From: an uncultured Gemmatimonadales bacterium
GTDB taxonomy: Bacteria > Gemmatimonadota > Gemmatimonadetes > Gemmatimonadales > GWC2-71-9
DNA: 64,000 nt
Assembly (NCBI GenBank): GCA_963695555.1
Contig: CAVOGR010000005.1
Coordinates: 288,001 to 352,000 of the forward strand
Direction: 5' to 3'
The notes under the pieces were generated by a model, which was given only the letters and a program-made list of their open reading frames with translations, was not told the origin of the DNA and searched no databases. A program made the position numbers and the translations under genes. This document shows, piece by piece, positions 63,987 to 64,000 of the stretch. How positions within the stretch are numbered: the stretch's first letter is position 1; each line of letters starts with the position of its first letter.

Positions 63987-64000
63987 CGCCGAGCGCGAAG
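63983..64000 (+). CDS. Probable start of next operon gene (truncated by window end)
   Basis: GTG overlapping the cyclase stop (GTGA) with GAGGAG 8 nt upstream; reads MTPSAK. Confidence 0.4.

Overview
High-GC bacterial chromosome segment. Gene content and order suggest Gemmatimonadota, but this is an inference, not a database result. Bases 1-43.6 kb are mostly + strand housekeeping genes: nuoMN, PMM/PGM, UPF0182, carbamate kinase, sucCD, ndk, yceD-rpmF-plsX-fabHDG-acpP-fabF, futalosine menaquinone genes mqnE/A/C, ispF, DedA, xerD, kdsB-pyrG-kdsACD-lptCAB-rpoN, an envelope glycosylation cluster and dapF. At 43733-43760 is a strong dif-like XerCD site next to a cluster of DnaA-box-like 9-mers. 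To its right the content becomes accessory, with mixed orientation. The best find is at the right end: a lasso peptide gene cluster (HPr-like kinase, PqqD/RRE B1, B2 peptidase, asparagine-synthetase-like cyclase) whose 39-aa precursor is missing from the ORF track. I read it at 60053-60172 as MNHKTSKTKWERPRMEVKPLEDTR/AGKGVQNDGQFELQS, followed by a perfect terminator hairpin. It predicts a 15-residue lasso peptide with an Ala1-Asp8 ring and a C-terminal Ser that could be phosphorylated (paeninodin-type logic). Other observations are AlgR-like LytTR direct repeats, an LptB with a ~140-aa N-terminal extension, a DedA-TerB-like fusion, 7-8-mer tandem repeats at gene junctions, three apparent non-canonical start codons, and frameshifts that are probably assembly artefacts. 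I recognised no rRNA, tRNA, CRISPR array or transposase.
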